Assembly (NCBI RefSeq): GCF_009914755.1
Contig: NC_060941.1
DNA length: 64,000 nt
Source: the human T2T-CHM13v2.0 reference genome, Homo sapiens
Reading direction: 5' to 3' (one strand)
The translations under genes were made by a program, and so were the position numbers. The notes under the pieces were generated by a model, which was given only the letters and a program-made list of their open reading frames with translations, did not search any database and was not told where the DNA came from. Positions 1 to 11,300 of this stretch are shown here, one piece after another. The stretch's first letter is position 1. Each line of letters opens with the position of its first letter.

Positions 1-94
1 TTAACTCACAGAGCTGAACATTCCTTTGGATGGAGCAGTTTCGAAACACACTATTTGTAGAATGTGCAAGTGGATATTTAGGCCTCTCTGAGGA

Positions 95-111
95 TTTCGT
101 TGGAAACGGGA
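95..111 (+). promoter_or_regulatory. CENP-B box, intact (repeats every HOR)
   Basis: TTTCGTTGGAAACGGGA matches the 17-bp CENP-B box with core NTTCGNNNNANNCGGGN. Confidence 0.95.
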
Positions 112-261
112 TAAACCGCACAGAACTAAACAGAAGCATTCTCAGAACCTTCTTCGTGATGTTTGCATTCAACTCACAGTGTTGAACCTTTCTTTGATAG
201 TTCAGGTTTGAAACGGTCTTTCTGTAGAAACTGCAAGTAGATATTTGGACCTCTCTGAGGA

Positions 262-278
262 TTTCGTTGGAAACGGGA
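262..278 (+). promoter_or_regulatory. CENP-B box, intact (mutated in copies 14 and 19)
   Basis: TTTCGTTGGAAACGGGA. Confidence 0.95.
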
Positions 279-429
279 TAACCCGCACAGAACTAAAACA
301 GAAGCATTCTCAGAACCCTCTTCGTGATGTTTGCATTCAACTCACAGTGCTGAACCTTTCTTTGATAGTTCAGCTTTGAAACACTCTTTTTGTAGAAACT
401 GCAAGTGGATATTTGGTCCTCTCTGAGCA

Positions 430-446
430 TTTCGTTGGAAACGGGA
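430..446 (+). promoter_or_regulatory. CENP-B box, intact
   Basis: TTTCGTTGGAAACGGGA. Confidence 0.95.
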
Positions 447-766
447 TAAACTGCACAGAACTAAACAGAAGCATTCTCAGAACCTTCTTCGTGATGTCTG
501 CATTCAACTCACAGTGTGGAACCTTTCTTTGATAGTTCAGGTTTGAAACACTCTTTTTGTAGAAACTGCAAGGGGATAATTGCACTCTTTGAGGAGTACC
601 GTAGTAAAGGAAATAACTTCCTATAAAAAGAAGACAGAAGCTTTCTCAGAAAATTCTTTGGGATGATTGAGTTGAACTCACAGAGCTGAGCATTCCTTGC
701 GATGTAGCAGTTTAGAAACACACTTTCTGCAGAATCTGCAAGTGCATATTTGGACCTCTGTGAGGA

Positions 767-783
767 ATTCGTTGGAAACGGGA
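767..783 (+). promoter_or_regulatory. CENP-B box, intact, overlapping the HOR-defining EcoRI site (765-770)
   Basis: GAATTCGTTGGAAACGGGA; core positions preserved. Confidence 0.93.
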
Positions 784-932
784 TAATTTCAGCTGACTAA
801 ACAGAAGCAGTCTCAGAATCTTCTTTGTGATGTTTGCATTCAAATCCCCGAGTTGAACTTTCCTTTCAAAGTTCACGTTTGAAACACTCTTTTTGCAGGA
901 TCTACAAGTGGATATTTGGACCACTCTGTGTC

Positions 933-949
933 CTTCGTTCGAAACGGGT
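933..949 (+). promoter_or_regulatory. CENP-B box variant with intact core (extra CpG)
   Basis: CTTCGTTCGAAACGGGT retains the TTCG....A..CGGG core. Confidence 0.85.
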
Positions 950-1103
950 ATATCTTCACATGACATCTAGACAGAAGCATCCTCAGAAGCTTCTCTGTGA
1001 TGACTGCATTCAACTCACGGAGTTGAACACTCCTTTTGAGAGCGCAGTTTTGAAACTCTCTTTCTGTGGCATCTGCAAGGGGACACGTAGACCTCTTTGA
1101 AGA

Positions 1104-1120
1104 TTTCGTTGGAAACGGAA
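1104..1120 (+). promoter_or_regulatory. Degenerate CENP-B box (CGGG>CGGA), predicted non-binding
   Basis: TTTCGTTGGAAACGGAA lacks the last core G; the same state was seen in all copies read. Confidence 0.75.
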
Positions 1121-1616
1121 TCATCTTCACATAAAAACTATACAGATGCATTCTCAGGAACTTTTTGGTGATGTTTGTATTCAACTCCCAGAGTTGAACT
1201 TTCCTTTGGAAAGAGCAGCTATGAAACACTCTTTTTCTAGAATCTGCAAGTGGACGTTTGGAGGGCTTTGTGTTTTGTGGTGGAAAAGGAAATATCTTCA
1301 CCTAAATACTAGAGAGAAGCATTCTCAGAAACTGCTTTGTGATGATTGCATTCACCTCACAGAGTTGAACATTCCTATTGATAGAGCAGTTTGGAAACAC
1401 TCTTGTTGTGGAATGTGCAAGTGGAGATTTGGAGCGCTTTGAGGCCTATGGTAGTAAAGGGAATAGCTTCATAGAAAAACTAGACAGAAGCATTCTCAGA
1501 AAATACTTTGTGATGATTGAGTTTAACTCACAGAGCTGAACATTCCTTTGGATGGAGCAGGTTTGAGACACACCTTTTGTAGAATCTACAAGTGGATATT
1601 TGGACCTCTCTGAGGA

Positions 1617-1633
1617 TTTCGTTGGAAACGGGA
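1617..1633 (+). promoter_or_regulatory. CENP-B box, intact
   Basis: TTTCGTTGGAAACGGGA. Confidence 0.95.
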
Positions 1634-1782
1634 TAACTGCACCTAACTAAACGGAAGCATTCTCAGAAACTTCTTGGTGATGTTTGCATTCAAATCCCAG
1701 AGTTGAACCTTCCTTTGATAGTTCAGGTTTGAAACACTCTTTTTGTAGGATCTGCAAGTGGATATTTGGACCACTCTGTGGC

Positions 1783-1799
1783 CTTCGTTCGAAACGGGT
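1783..1799 (+). promoter_or_regulatory. CENP-B box variant with intact core (extra CpG)
   Basis: CTTCGTTCGAAACGGGT, the paralog of the box at 933 (850 bp apart). Confidence 0.85.
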
Positions 1800-1953
1800 A
1801 TATCTTCGCATAAAATCTAGACAGAAGCCTTCTCAGAAACTTCTCTGTGATGATTGCATTCAACTCACAGAGTTGAACCCTCCTATGGATAGAGCAGTGT
1901 TGAAACTCTCTTTTTGTGGAATCTGCAAGTGGATATGTGGACCTCTCCGAAGA

Positions 1954-1970
1954 TGTCTTTGGAAACGGGA
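1954..1970 (+). promoter_or_regulatory. Degenerate CENP-B box (TTCG lost), predicted non-binding
   Basis: TGTCTTTGGAAACGGGA: the 5' TTCG half is destroyed and the 3' half is intact. Confidence 0.75.
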
Positions 1971-2296
1971 ATATCTTCACATAAAAACTAAACAGAAGCA
2001 TTCTCAGAAACTTCTCTGTGATGTTTGTGTTCAACTCCCAGAGTTTCACATTGCTTTTCATAGAGTAGTTCTGAAACATGCTTTTCGTAGTGTCTACAAG
2101 TGGACATTTGGAGCGCTTTCAGGCCTGTGGTGGAAAACGAATTATGGTCACATAAAAACTGGAGAGAAGCATTGTCAGAAACTTCTTTGTGATGATTGCA
2201 TTCAACTCACAGAGTTGAAGGTTCCTTTTCAAAGAGCAGTTTCCAATCACTCTTTGTGTGGAATCTGCAAGTGGATATTTGGACCTATTTTGAAGA

Positions 2297-2313
2297 TTTC
2301 GTTGGAAACGGGA
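2297..2313 (+). promoter_or_regulatory. CENP-B box, intact (mutated in copies 10 and 21)
   Basis: TTTCGTTGGAAACGGGA. Confidence 0.95.
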
Positions 2314-5300
2314 GAATCTTCACAGGAAAGCTAAACAGAAGCATTCTCAGAAACTTCTTTGTGATGCTTGCATTCAACTCACAGAGTTGAACTTTCCTTT
2401 CGAGAGAGAAGCTTTGAAACACTCTTTTTCCAGAATCTGCAAGTGGACATTTGGAGGGCTTTGAGGCCTGTGGTGGAAAAGGAATTATCTTCCCGTAAAA
2501 GCTAGATAGAAGCATTCTCAGAAACTACTTTGTGATGATTGCATTCAAGTCACAGAGTTGAACATTCCCTTTGACAGAGCAGTTTGGAAACTCTCTTTGT
2601 GTAGAATCTGCAAGTGGAGATATGGACCGCTTTGAGGCCTATGGTAGTAAAGGAAATAGCTTCATATAAAAGCTAGACAGTAGCATTCACAGAAAACTCT
2701 TGGTGACGACTGAGTTTAACTCACAGAGCTGAACATTCCTTTGGATGGAGCAGTTTCGAAACACACTATTTGTAGAATGTGCAAGTGGATATTTAGGCCT
2801 CTCTGAGGATTTCGTTGGAAACGGGATAAACCGCACAGAACTAAACAGAAGCATTCTCAGAACCTTCTTCGTGATGTTTGCATTCAACTCACAGTGTTGA
2901 ACCTTTCTTTGATAGTTCAGGTTTGAAACGGTCTTTCTGTAGAAACTGCAAGTAGATATTTGGACCTCTCTGAGGATTTCGTTGGAAACGGGATAACCCG
3001 CACAGAACTAAAACAGAAGCATTCTCAGAACCCTCTTCGTGATGTTTGCATTCAACTCACAGTGCTGAACCTTTCTTTGATAGTTCAGCTTTGAAACACT
3101 CTTTTTGTAGAAACTGCAAGTGGATATTTGGTCCTCTCTGAGCATTTCGTTGGAAACGGGATAAACTGCACAGAACTAAACAGAAGCATTCTCAGAACCT
3201 TCTTCGTGATGTCTGCATTCAACTCACAGTGTGGAACCTTTCTTTGATAGTTCAGGTTTGAAACACTCTTTTTGTAGAAACTGCAAGGGGATAATTGCAC
3301 TCTTTGAGGAGTACCGTAGTAAAGGAAATAACTTCCTATAAAAAGAAGACAGAAGCTTTCTCAGAAAATTCTTTGGGATGATTGAGTTGAACTCACAGAG
3401 CTGAGCATTCCTTGCGATGTAGCAGTTTAGAAACACACTTTCTGCAGAATCTGCAAGTGCATATTTGGACCTCTGTGAGGAATTCGTTGGAAACGGGATA
3501 ATTTCAGCTGACTAAACAGAAGCAGTCTCAGAATCTTCTTTGTGATGTTTGCATTCAAATCCCCGAGTTGAACTTTCCTTTCAAAGTTCACGTTTGAAAC
3601 ACTCTTTTTGCAGGATCTACAAGTGGATATTTGGACCACTCTGTGTCCTTCGTTCGAAACGGGTATATCTTCACATGACATCTAGACAGAAGCATCCTCA
3701 GAAGCTTCTCTGTGATGACTGCATTCAACTCACGGAGTTGAACACTCCTTTTGAGAGCGCAGTTTTGAAACTCTCTTTCTGTGGCATCTGCAAGGGGACA
3801 TGTAGACCTCTTTGAAGATTTCGTTGGAAACGGAATCATCTTCACATAAAAACTATACAGACGCATTCTCAGGAACTTTTTGGTGATGTTTGTATTCAAC
3901 TCCCAGAGTTGAACTTTCCTTTGGAAAGAGCAGCTATGAAACACTCTTTTTCTAGAATCTGCAAGTGGACGTTTGGAGGGCTTTGTGGTTTGTGGTGGAA
4001 AAGGAAATATCTTCACCTAAATACTAGATAGAAGCATTCTCAGAAACTGCTTTGTGATGATTGCATTCACCTCACAGAGTTGAACATTCCTATTGATAGA
4101 GCAGTTTGGAAACACTCTTGTTGTGGAATGTGCAAGTGGAGATTTGGAGCGCTTTGAGGCCTATGGTAGTAAAGGGAATAGCTTCATAGAAAAACTAGAC
4201 AGAAGCATTCTCAGAAAATACTTTGTGATGATTGAGTTTAACTCACAGAGCTGAACATTCCTTTGGATGGAGCAGGTTTGAGACACACTTTTTGTAGAAT
4301 CTACAAGTGGATATTTGGACCTCTCTGAGGATTTCGTTGGAAACGGGATAACTGCACCTAACTAAACGGAAGCATTCTCAGAAACTTCTTGGTGATGTTT
4401 GCATTCAAATCCCAGAGTTGAACCTTCCTTTGATAGTTCAGGTTTGAAACACTCTTTTTGTAGGATCTGCAAGTGGATATTTGGACCACTCTGTGGCCTT
4501 CGTTCGAAACGGGTATATCTTCGCATAAAATCTAGACAGAAGCCTTCTCAGAAACTTCTCTGTGATGATTGCATTCAACTCACAGAGTTGAACCCTCCTA
4601 TGGATAGAGCAGTGTTGAAACTCTCTTTTTGTGGAATCTGCAAGTGGATATGTGGACCTCTCCGAAGATGTCTTTGGAAACGGGAATATCTTCACATAAA
4701 AACTAAACAGAAGCATTCTCAGAAACTTCTCTGTGATGTTTGTGTTCAACTCCCAGAGTTTCACATTGCTTTTCATAGAGTAGTTCTGAAACATGCTTTT
4801 CGTAGTGTCTACAAGTGGACATTTGGAGCGCTTTCAGGCCTGTGGTGGAAAACGAATTATGGTCACATAAAAACTGGAGAGAAGCATTGTCAGAAACTTC
4901 TTTGTGATGATTGCATTCAACTCACAGAGTTGAAGGTTCCTTTTCAAAGAGCAGTTTCCAATCACTCTTTGTGTGGAATCTGCAAGTGGATATTTGGACC
5001 TATTTTGAAGATTTCGTTGGAAACGGGAGAATCTTCACAGGAAAGCTAAACAGAAGCATTCTCAGAAACTTCTTTGTGATGCTTGCATTCAACTCACAGA
5101 GTTGAACTTTCCTTTCGAGAGAGAAGCTTTGAAACACTCTTTTTCCAGAATCTGCAAGTGGACATTTGGAGGGCTTTGAGGCCTGTGGTGGAAAAGGAAT
5201 TATCTTCCCGTAAAAGCTAGATAGAAGCATTCTCAGAAACTACTTTGTGATGATTGCATTCAAGTCACAGAGTTGAACATTCCCTTTGACAGAGCAGTTT

Positions 5301-8300
5301 GGAAACTCTCTTTGTGTAGAATCTGCAAGTGGAGATATGGACCGCTTTGAGGCCTATGGTAGTAAAGGAAATAGCTTCATATAAAAGCTAGACAGTAGCA
5401 TTCACAGAAAACTCTTGGTGACGACTGAGTTTAACTCACAGAGCTGAACATTCCTTTGGATGGAGCAGTTTCGAAACACACTATTTGTAGAATGTGCAAG
5501 TGGATATTTAGGCCTCTCTGAGGATTTCGTTGGAAACGGGATAAACCGCACAGAACTAAACAGAAGCATTCTCAGAACCTTCTTCGTGATGTTTGCATTC
5601 AACTCACAGTGTTGAACCTTTCTTTGATAGTTCAGGTTTGAAACGGTCTTTCTGTAGAAACTGCAAGTAGATATTTGGACCTCTCTGAGGATTTCGTTGG
5701 AAACGGGATAACCCGCACAGAACTAAAACAGAAGCATTCTCAGAACCCTCTTCGTGATGTTTGCATTCAACTCACAGTGCTGAACCTTTCTTTGATAGTT
5801 CAGCTTTGAAACACTCTTTTTGTAGAAACTGCAAGTGGATATTTGGTCCTCTCTGAGCATTTCGTTGGAAACGGGATAAACTGCACAGAACTAAACAGAA
5901 GCATTCTCAGAACCTTCTTCGTGATGTCTGCATTCAACTCACAGTGTGGAACCTTTCTTTGATAGTTCAGGTTTGAAACACTCTTTTTGTAGAAACTGCA
6001 AGGGGATAATTGCACTCTTTGAGGAGTACCGTAGTAAAGGAAATAACTTCCTATAAAAAGAAGACAGAAGCTTTCTCAGAAAATTCTTTGGGATGATTGA
6101 GTTGAACTCACAGAGCTGAGCATTCCTTGCGATGTAGCAGTTTAGAAACACACTTTCTGCAGAATCTGCAAGTGCATATTTGGACCTCTGTGAGGAATTC
6201 GTTGGAAACGGGATAATTTCAGCTGACTAAACAGAAGCAGTCTCAGAATCTTCTTTGTGATGTTTGCATTCAAATCCCCGAGTTGAACTTTCCTTTCAAA
6301 GTTCACGTTTGAAACACTCTTTTTGCAGGATCTACAAGTGGATATTTGGACCACTCTGTGTCCTTCGTTCGAAACGGGTATATCTTCACATGACATCTAG
6401 ACAGAAGCATCCTCAGAAGCTTCTCTGTGATGACTGCATTCAACTCACGGAGTTGAACACTCCTTTTGAGAGCGCAGTTTTGAAACTCTCTTTCTGTGGC
6501 ATCTGCAAGGGGACACGTAGACCTCTTTGAAGATTTCGTTGGAAACGGAATCATCTTCACATAAAAACTATACAGACGCATTCTCAGGAACTTTTTGGTG
6601 ATGTTTGTATTCAACTCCCAGAGTTGAACTTTCCTTTGGAAAGAGCAGCTATGAAACACTCTTTTTCTAGAATCTGCAAGTGGACGTTTGGAGGGCTTTG
6701 TGGTTTGTGGTGGAAAAGGAAATATCTTCACCTAAATACTAGATAGAAGCATTCTCAGAAACTGCTTTGTGATGATTGCATTCACCTCACAGAGTTGAAC
6801 ATTCCTATTGATAGAGCAGTTTGGAAACACTCTTGTTGTGGAATGTGCAAGTGGAGATTTGGAGCGCTTTGAGGCCTATGGTAGTAAAGGGAATAGCTTC
6901 ATAGAAAAACTAGACAGAAGCATTCTCAGAAAATACTTTGTGATGATTGAGTTTAACTCACAGAGCTGAACATTCCTTTGGATGGAGCAGGTTTGAGACA
7001 CACCTTTTGTAGAATCTACAAGTGGATATTTGGACCTCTCTGAGGATTTCGTTGGAAACGGGATAACTGCACCTAACTAAACGGAAGCATTCTCAGAAAC
7101 TTCTTGGTGATGTTTGCATTCAAATCCCAGAGTTGAACCTTCCTTTGATAGTTCAGGTTTGAAACACTCTTTTTGTAGGATCTGCAAGTGGATATTTGGA
7201 CCACTCTGTGGCCTTCGTTCGAAACGGGTATATCTTCGCATAAAATCTAGACAGAAGCCTTCTCAGAAACTTCTCTGTGATGATTGCATTCAACTCACAG
7301 AGTTGAACCCTCCTATGGATAGAGCAGTGTTGAAACTCTCTTTTTGTGGAATCTGCAAGTGGATATGTGGACCTCTCCGAAGATGTCTTTGGAAACGGGA
7401 ATATCTTCACATAAAAACTAAACAGAAGCATTCTCAGAAACTTCTCTGTGATGTTTGTGTTCAACTCCCAGAGTTTCACATTGCTTTTCATAGAGTAGTT
7501 CTGAAACATGCTTTTCGTAGTGTCTACAAGTGGACATTTGGAGCGCTTTCAGGCCTGTGGTGGAAAACGAATTATGGTCACATAAAAACTGGAGAGAAGC
7601 ATTGTCAGAAACTTCTTTGTGATGATTGCATTCAACTCACAGAGTTGAAGGTTCCTTTTCAAAGAGCAGTTTCCAATCACTCTTTGTGTGGAATCTGCAA
7701 GTGGATATTTGGACCTATTTTGAAGATTTCGTTGGAAACGGGAGAATCTTCACAGGAAAGCTAAACAGAAGCATTCTCAGAAACTTCTTTGTGATGCTTG
7801 CATTCAACTCACAGAGTTGAACTTTCCTTTCGAGAGAGAAGCTTTGAAACACTCTTTTTCCAGAATCTGCAAGTGGACATTTGGAGGGCTTTGAGGCCTG
7901 TGGTGGAAAAGGAATTATCTTCCCGTAAAAGCTAGATAGAAGCATTCTCAGAAACTACTTTGTGATGATTGCATTCAAGTCACAGAGTTGAACATTCCCT
8001 TTGACAGAGCAGTTTGGAAACTCTCTTTGTGTAGAATCTGCAAGTGGAGATATGGACCGCTTTGAGGCCTATGGTAGTAAAGGAAATAGCTTCATATAAA
8101 AGCTAGACAGTAGCATTCACAGAAAACTCTTGGTGACGACTGAGTTTAACTCACAGAGCTGAACATTCCTTTGGATGGAGCAGTTTCGAAACACACTATT
8201 TGTAGAATGTGCAAGTGGATATTTAGGCCTCTCTGAGGATTTCGTTGGAAACGGGATAAACCGCACAGAACTAAACAGAAGCATTCTCAGAACCTTCTTC

Positions 8301-11300
8301 GTGATGTTTGCATTCAACTCACAGTGTTGAACCTTTCTTTGATAGTTCAGGTTTGAAACGGTCTTTCTGTAGAAACTGCAAGTAGATATTTGGACCTCTC
8401 TGAGGATTTCGTTGGAAACGGGATAACCCGCACAGAACTAAAACAGAAGCATTCTCAGAACCCTCTTCGTGATGTTTGCATTCAACTCACAGTGCTGAAC
8501 CTTTCTTTGATAGTTCAGCTTTGAAACACTCTTTTTGTAGAAACTGCAAGTGGATATTTGGTCCTCTCTGAGCATTTCGTTGGAAACGGGATAAACTGCA
8601 CAGAACTAAACAGAAGCATTCTCAGAACCTTCTTCGTGATGTCTGCATTCAACTCACAGTGTGGAACCTTTCTTTGATAGTTCAGGTTTGAAACACTCTT
8701 TTTGTAGAAACTGCAAGGGGATAATTGCACTCTTTGAGGAGTACCGTAGTAAAGGAAATAACTTCCTATAAAAAGAAGACAGAAGCTTTCTCAGAAAATT
8801 CTTTGGGATGATTGAGTTGAACTCACAGAGCTGAGCATTCCTTGCGATGTAGCAGTTTAGAAACACACTTTCTGCAGAATCTGCAAGTGCATATTTGGAC
8901 CTCTGTGAGGAATTCGTTGGAAACGGGATAATTTCAGCTGACTAAACAGAAGCAGTCTCAGAATCTTCTTTGTGATGTTTGCATTCAAATCCCCGAGTTG
9001 AACTTTCCTTTCAAAGTTCACGTTTGAAACACTCTTTTTGCAGGATCTACAAGTGGATATTTGGACCACTCTGTGTCCTTCGTTCGAAACGGGTATATCT
9101 TCACATGACATCTAGACAGAAGCATCCTCAGAAGCTTCTCTGTGATGACTGCATTCAACTCACGGAGTTGAACACTCCTTTTGAGAGCGCAGTTTTGAAA
9201 CTCTCTTTCTGTGGCATCTGCAAGGGGACATGTAGACCTCTTTGAAGATTTCGTTGGAAACGGAATCATCTTCACATAAAAACTATACAGATGCATTCTC
9301 AGGAACTTTTTGGTGATGTTTGTATTCAACTCCCAGAGTTGAACTTTCCTTTGGAAAGAGCAGCTATGAAACACTCTTTTTCTAGAATCTGCAAGTGGAC
9401 GTTTGGAGGGCTTTGTGGTTTGTGGTGGAAAAGGAAATATCTTCACCTAAATACTAGATAGAAGCATTCTCAGAAACTGCTTTGTGATGATTGCATTCAC
9501 CTCACAGAGTTGAACATTCCTATTGATAGAGCAGTTTGGAAACACTCTTGTTGTGGAATGTGCAAGTGGAGATTTGGAGCGCTTTGAGGCCTATGGTAGT
9601 AAAGGGAATAGCTTCATAGAAAAACTAGACAGAAGCATTCTCAGAAAATACTTTGTGATGATTGAGTTTAACTCACAGAGCTGAACATTCCTTTGGATGG
9701 AGCAGGTTTGAGACACACCTTTTGTAGAATCTACAAGTGGATATTTGGACCTCTCTGAGGATTTCGTTGGAAACGGGATAACTGCACCTAACTAAACGGA
9801 AGCATTCTCAGAAACTTCTTGGTGATGTTTGCATTCAAATCCCAGAGTTGAACCTTCCTTTGATAGTTCAGGTTTGAAACACTCTTTTTGTAGGATCTGC
9901 AAGTGGATATTTGGACCACTCTGTGGCCTTCGTTCGAAACGGGTATATCTTCGCATAAAATCTAGACAGAAGCCTTCTCAGAAACTTCTCTGTGATGATT
10001 GCATTCAACTCACAGAGTTGAACCCTCCTATGGATAGAGCAGTGTTGAAACTCTCTTTTTGTGGAATCTGCAAGTGGATATGTGGACCTCTCCGAAGATG
10101 TCTTTGGAAACGGGAATATCTTCACATAAAAACTAAACAGAAGCATTCTCAGAAACTTCTCTGTGATGTTTGTGTTCAACTCCCAGAGTTTCACATTGCT
10201 TTTCATAGAGTAGTTCTGAAACATGCTTTTCGTAGTGTCTACAAGTGGACATTTGGAGCGCTTTCAGGCCTGTGGTGGAAAACGAATTATGGTCACATAA
10301 AAACTGGAGAGAAGCATTGTCAGAAACTTCTTTGTGATGATTGCATTCAACTCACAGAGTTGAAGGTTCCTTTTCAAAGAGCAGTTTCCAATCACTCTTT
10401 GTGTGGAATCTGCAAGTGGATATTCGGACCTATTTTGAAGATTTCGTTGGAAACGGGAGAATCTTCACAGGAAAGCTAAACAGAAGCATTCTCAGAAACT
10501 TCTTTGTGATGCTTGCATTCAACTCACAGAGTTGAACTTTCCTTTCGAGAGAGAAGCTTTGAAACACTCTTTTTCCAGAATCTGCAAGTGGACATTTGGA
10601 GGGCTTTGAGGCCTGTGGTGGAAAAGGAATTATCTTCCCGTAAAAGCTAGATAGAAGCATTCTCAGAAACTACTTTGTGATGATTGCATTCAAGTCACAG
10701 AGTTGAACATTCCCTTTGACAGAGCAGTTTGGAAACTCTCTTTGTGTAGAATCTGCAAGTGGAGATATGGACCGCTTTGAGGCCTATGGTAGTAAAGGAA
10801 ATAGCTTCATATAAAAGCTAGACAGTAGCATTCACAGAAAACTCTTGGTGACGACTGAGTTTAACTCACAGAGCTGAACATTCCTTTGGATGGAGCAGTT
10901 TCGAAACACACTATTTGTAGAATGTGCAAGTGGATATTTAGGCCTCTCTGAGGATTTCGTTGGAAACGGGATAAACCGCACAGAACTAAACAGAAGCATT
11001 CTCAGAACCTTCTTCGTGATGTTTGCATTCAACTCACAGTGTTGAACCTTTCTTTGATAGTTCAGGTTTGAAACGGTCTTTCTGTAGAAACTGCAAGTAG
11101 ATATTTGGACCTCTCTGAGGATTTCGTTGGAAACGGGATAACCCGCACAGAACTAAAACAGAAGCATTCTCAGAACCCTCTTCGTGATGTTTGCATTCAA
11201 CTCACAGTGCTGAACCTTTCTTTGATAGTTCAGCTTTGAAACACTCTTTTTGTAGAAACTGCAAGTGGATATTTGGTCCTCTCTGAGCATTTCGTTGGAA

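Larger units (their letters stand above)
95..575 (+). repeat. Near-identical triplicated ~167-168 bp segment within the HOR
   Basis: Three consecutive copies of TTCGTTGGAAACGGGATAA..GCACAGAACTAAA(A)CAGAAGCATTCTCAGAACCYTCTTCGTGATGTYTGCATTCAACTCACAGTG..GAACCTTTCTTTGATAGTTCAG. They resemble each other far more than they resemble other monomers. Confidence 0.85.
641..1490 (+). repeat. Ancestral pentamer subunit (B-B-B-A-A, W1-W5 type) inside the HOR
   Basis: Monomers 641, 808 and 978 carry CENP-B-type boxes. Monomers 1149 and 1320 carry A-type boxes (TGGTGGAAAAGGAAA, TGGTAGTAAAGGGAA). The pattern recurs 850 bp later (ORFs at 834 and 1684 both begin xHSNPRVE). Confidence 0.8.
137..2851 (+). repeat. 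One complete 16-monomer HOR unit (representative)
   Basis: Monomer starts counted at CATTCTCAG-like anchors: 137, 305, 472, 641, 808, 978, 1149, 1320, 1491, 1658, 1828, 1999, 2170, 2342, 2513, 2684, with the next unit at 2852. Lengths are 167-172 bp and sum to 2715. Confidence 0.95.

Noticed and set aside
621-630. TATAAAA TATA-box-like motif (also near 2665)
   Set aside because: It is an ordinary A-rich monomer-end sequence repeated in every HOR, with no other promoter evidence in the sequence.
1684-2334. 216-aa + strand ORF, open in all 23 complete copies
   Set aside because: It begins at TTG rather than ATG. Its ~57-aa internal periodicity (QKLLCDDCIQLTEL) is just 171-bp monomers read in frame. 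Conservation reflects array homogeneity, and there is no recognisable domain or gene structure.
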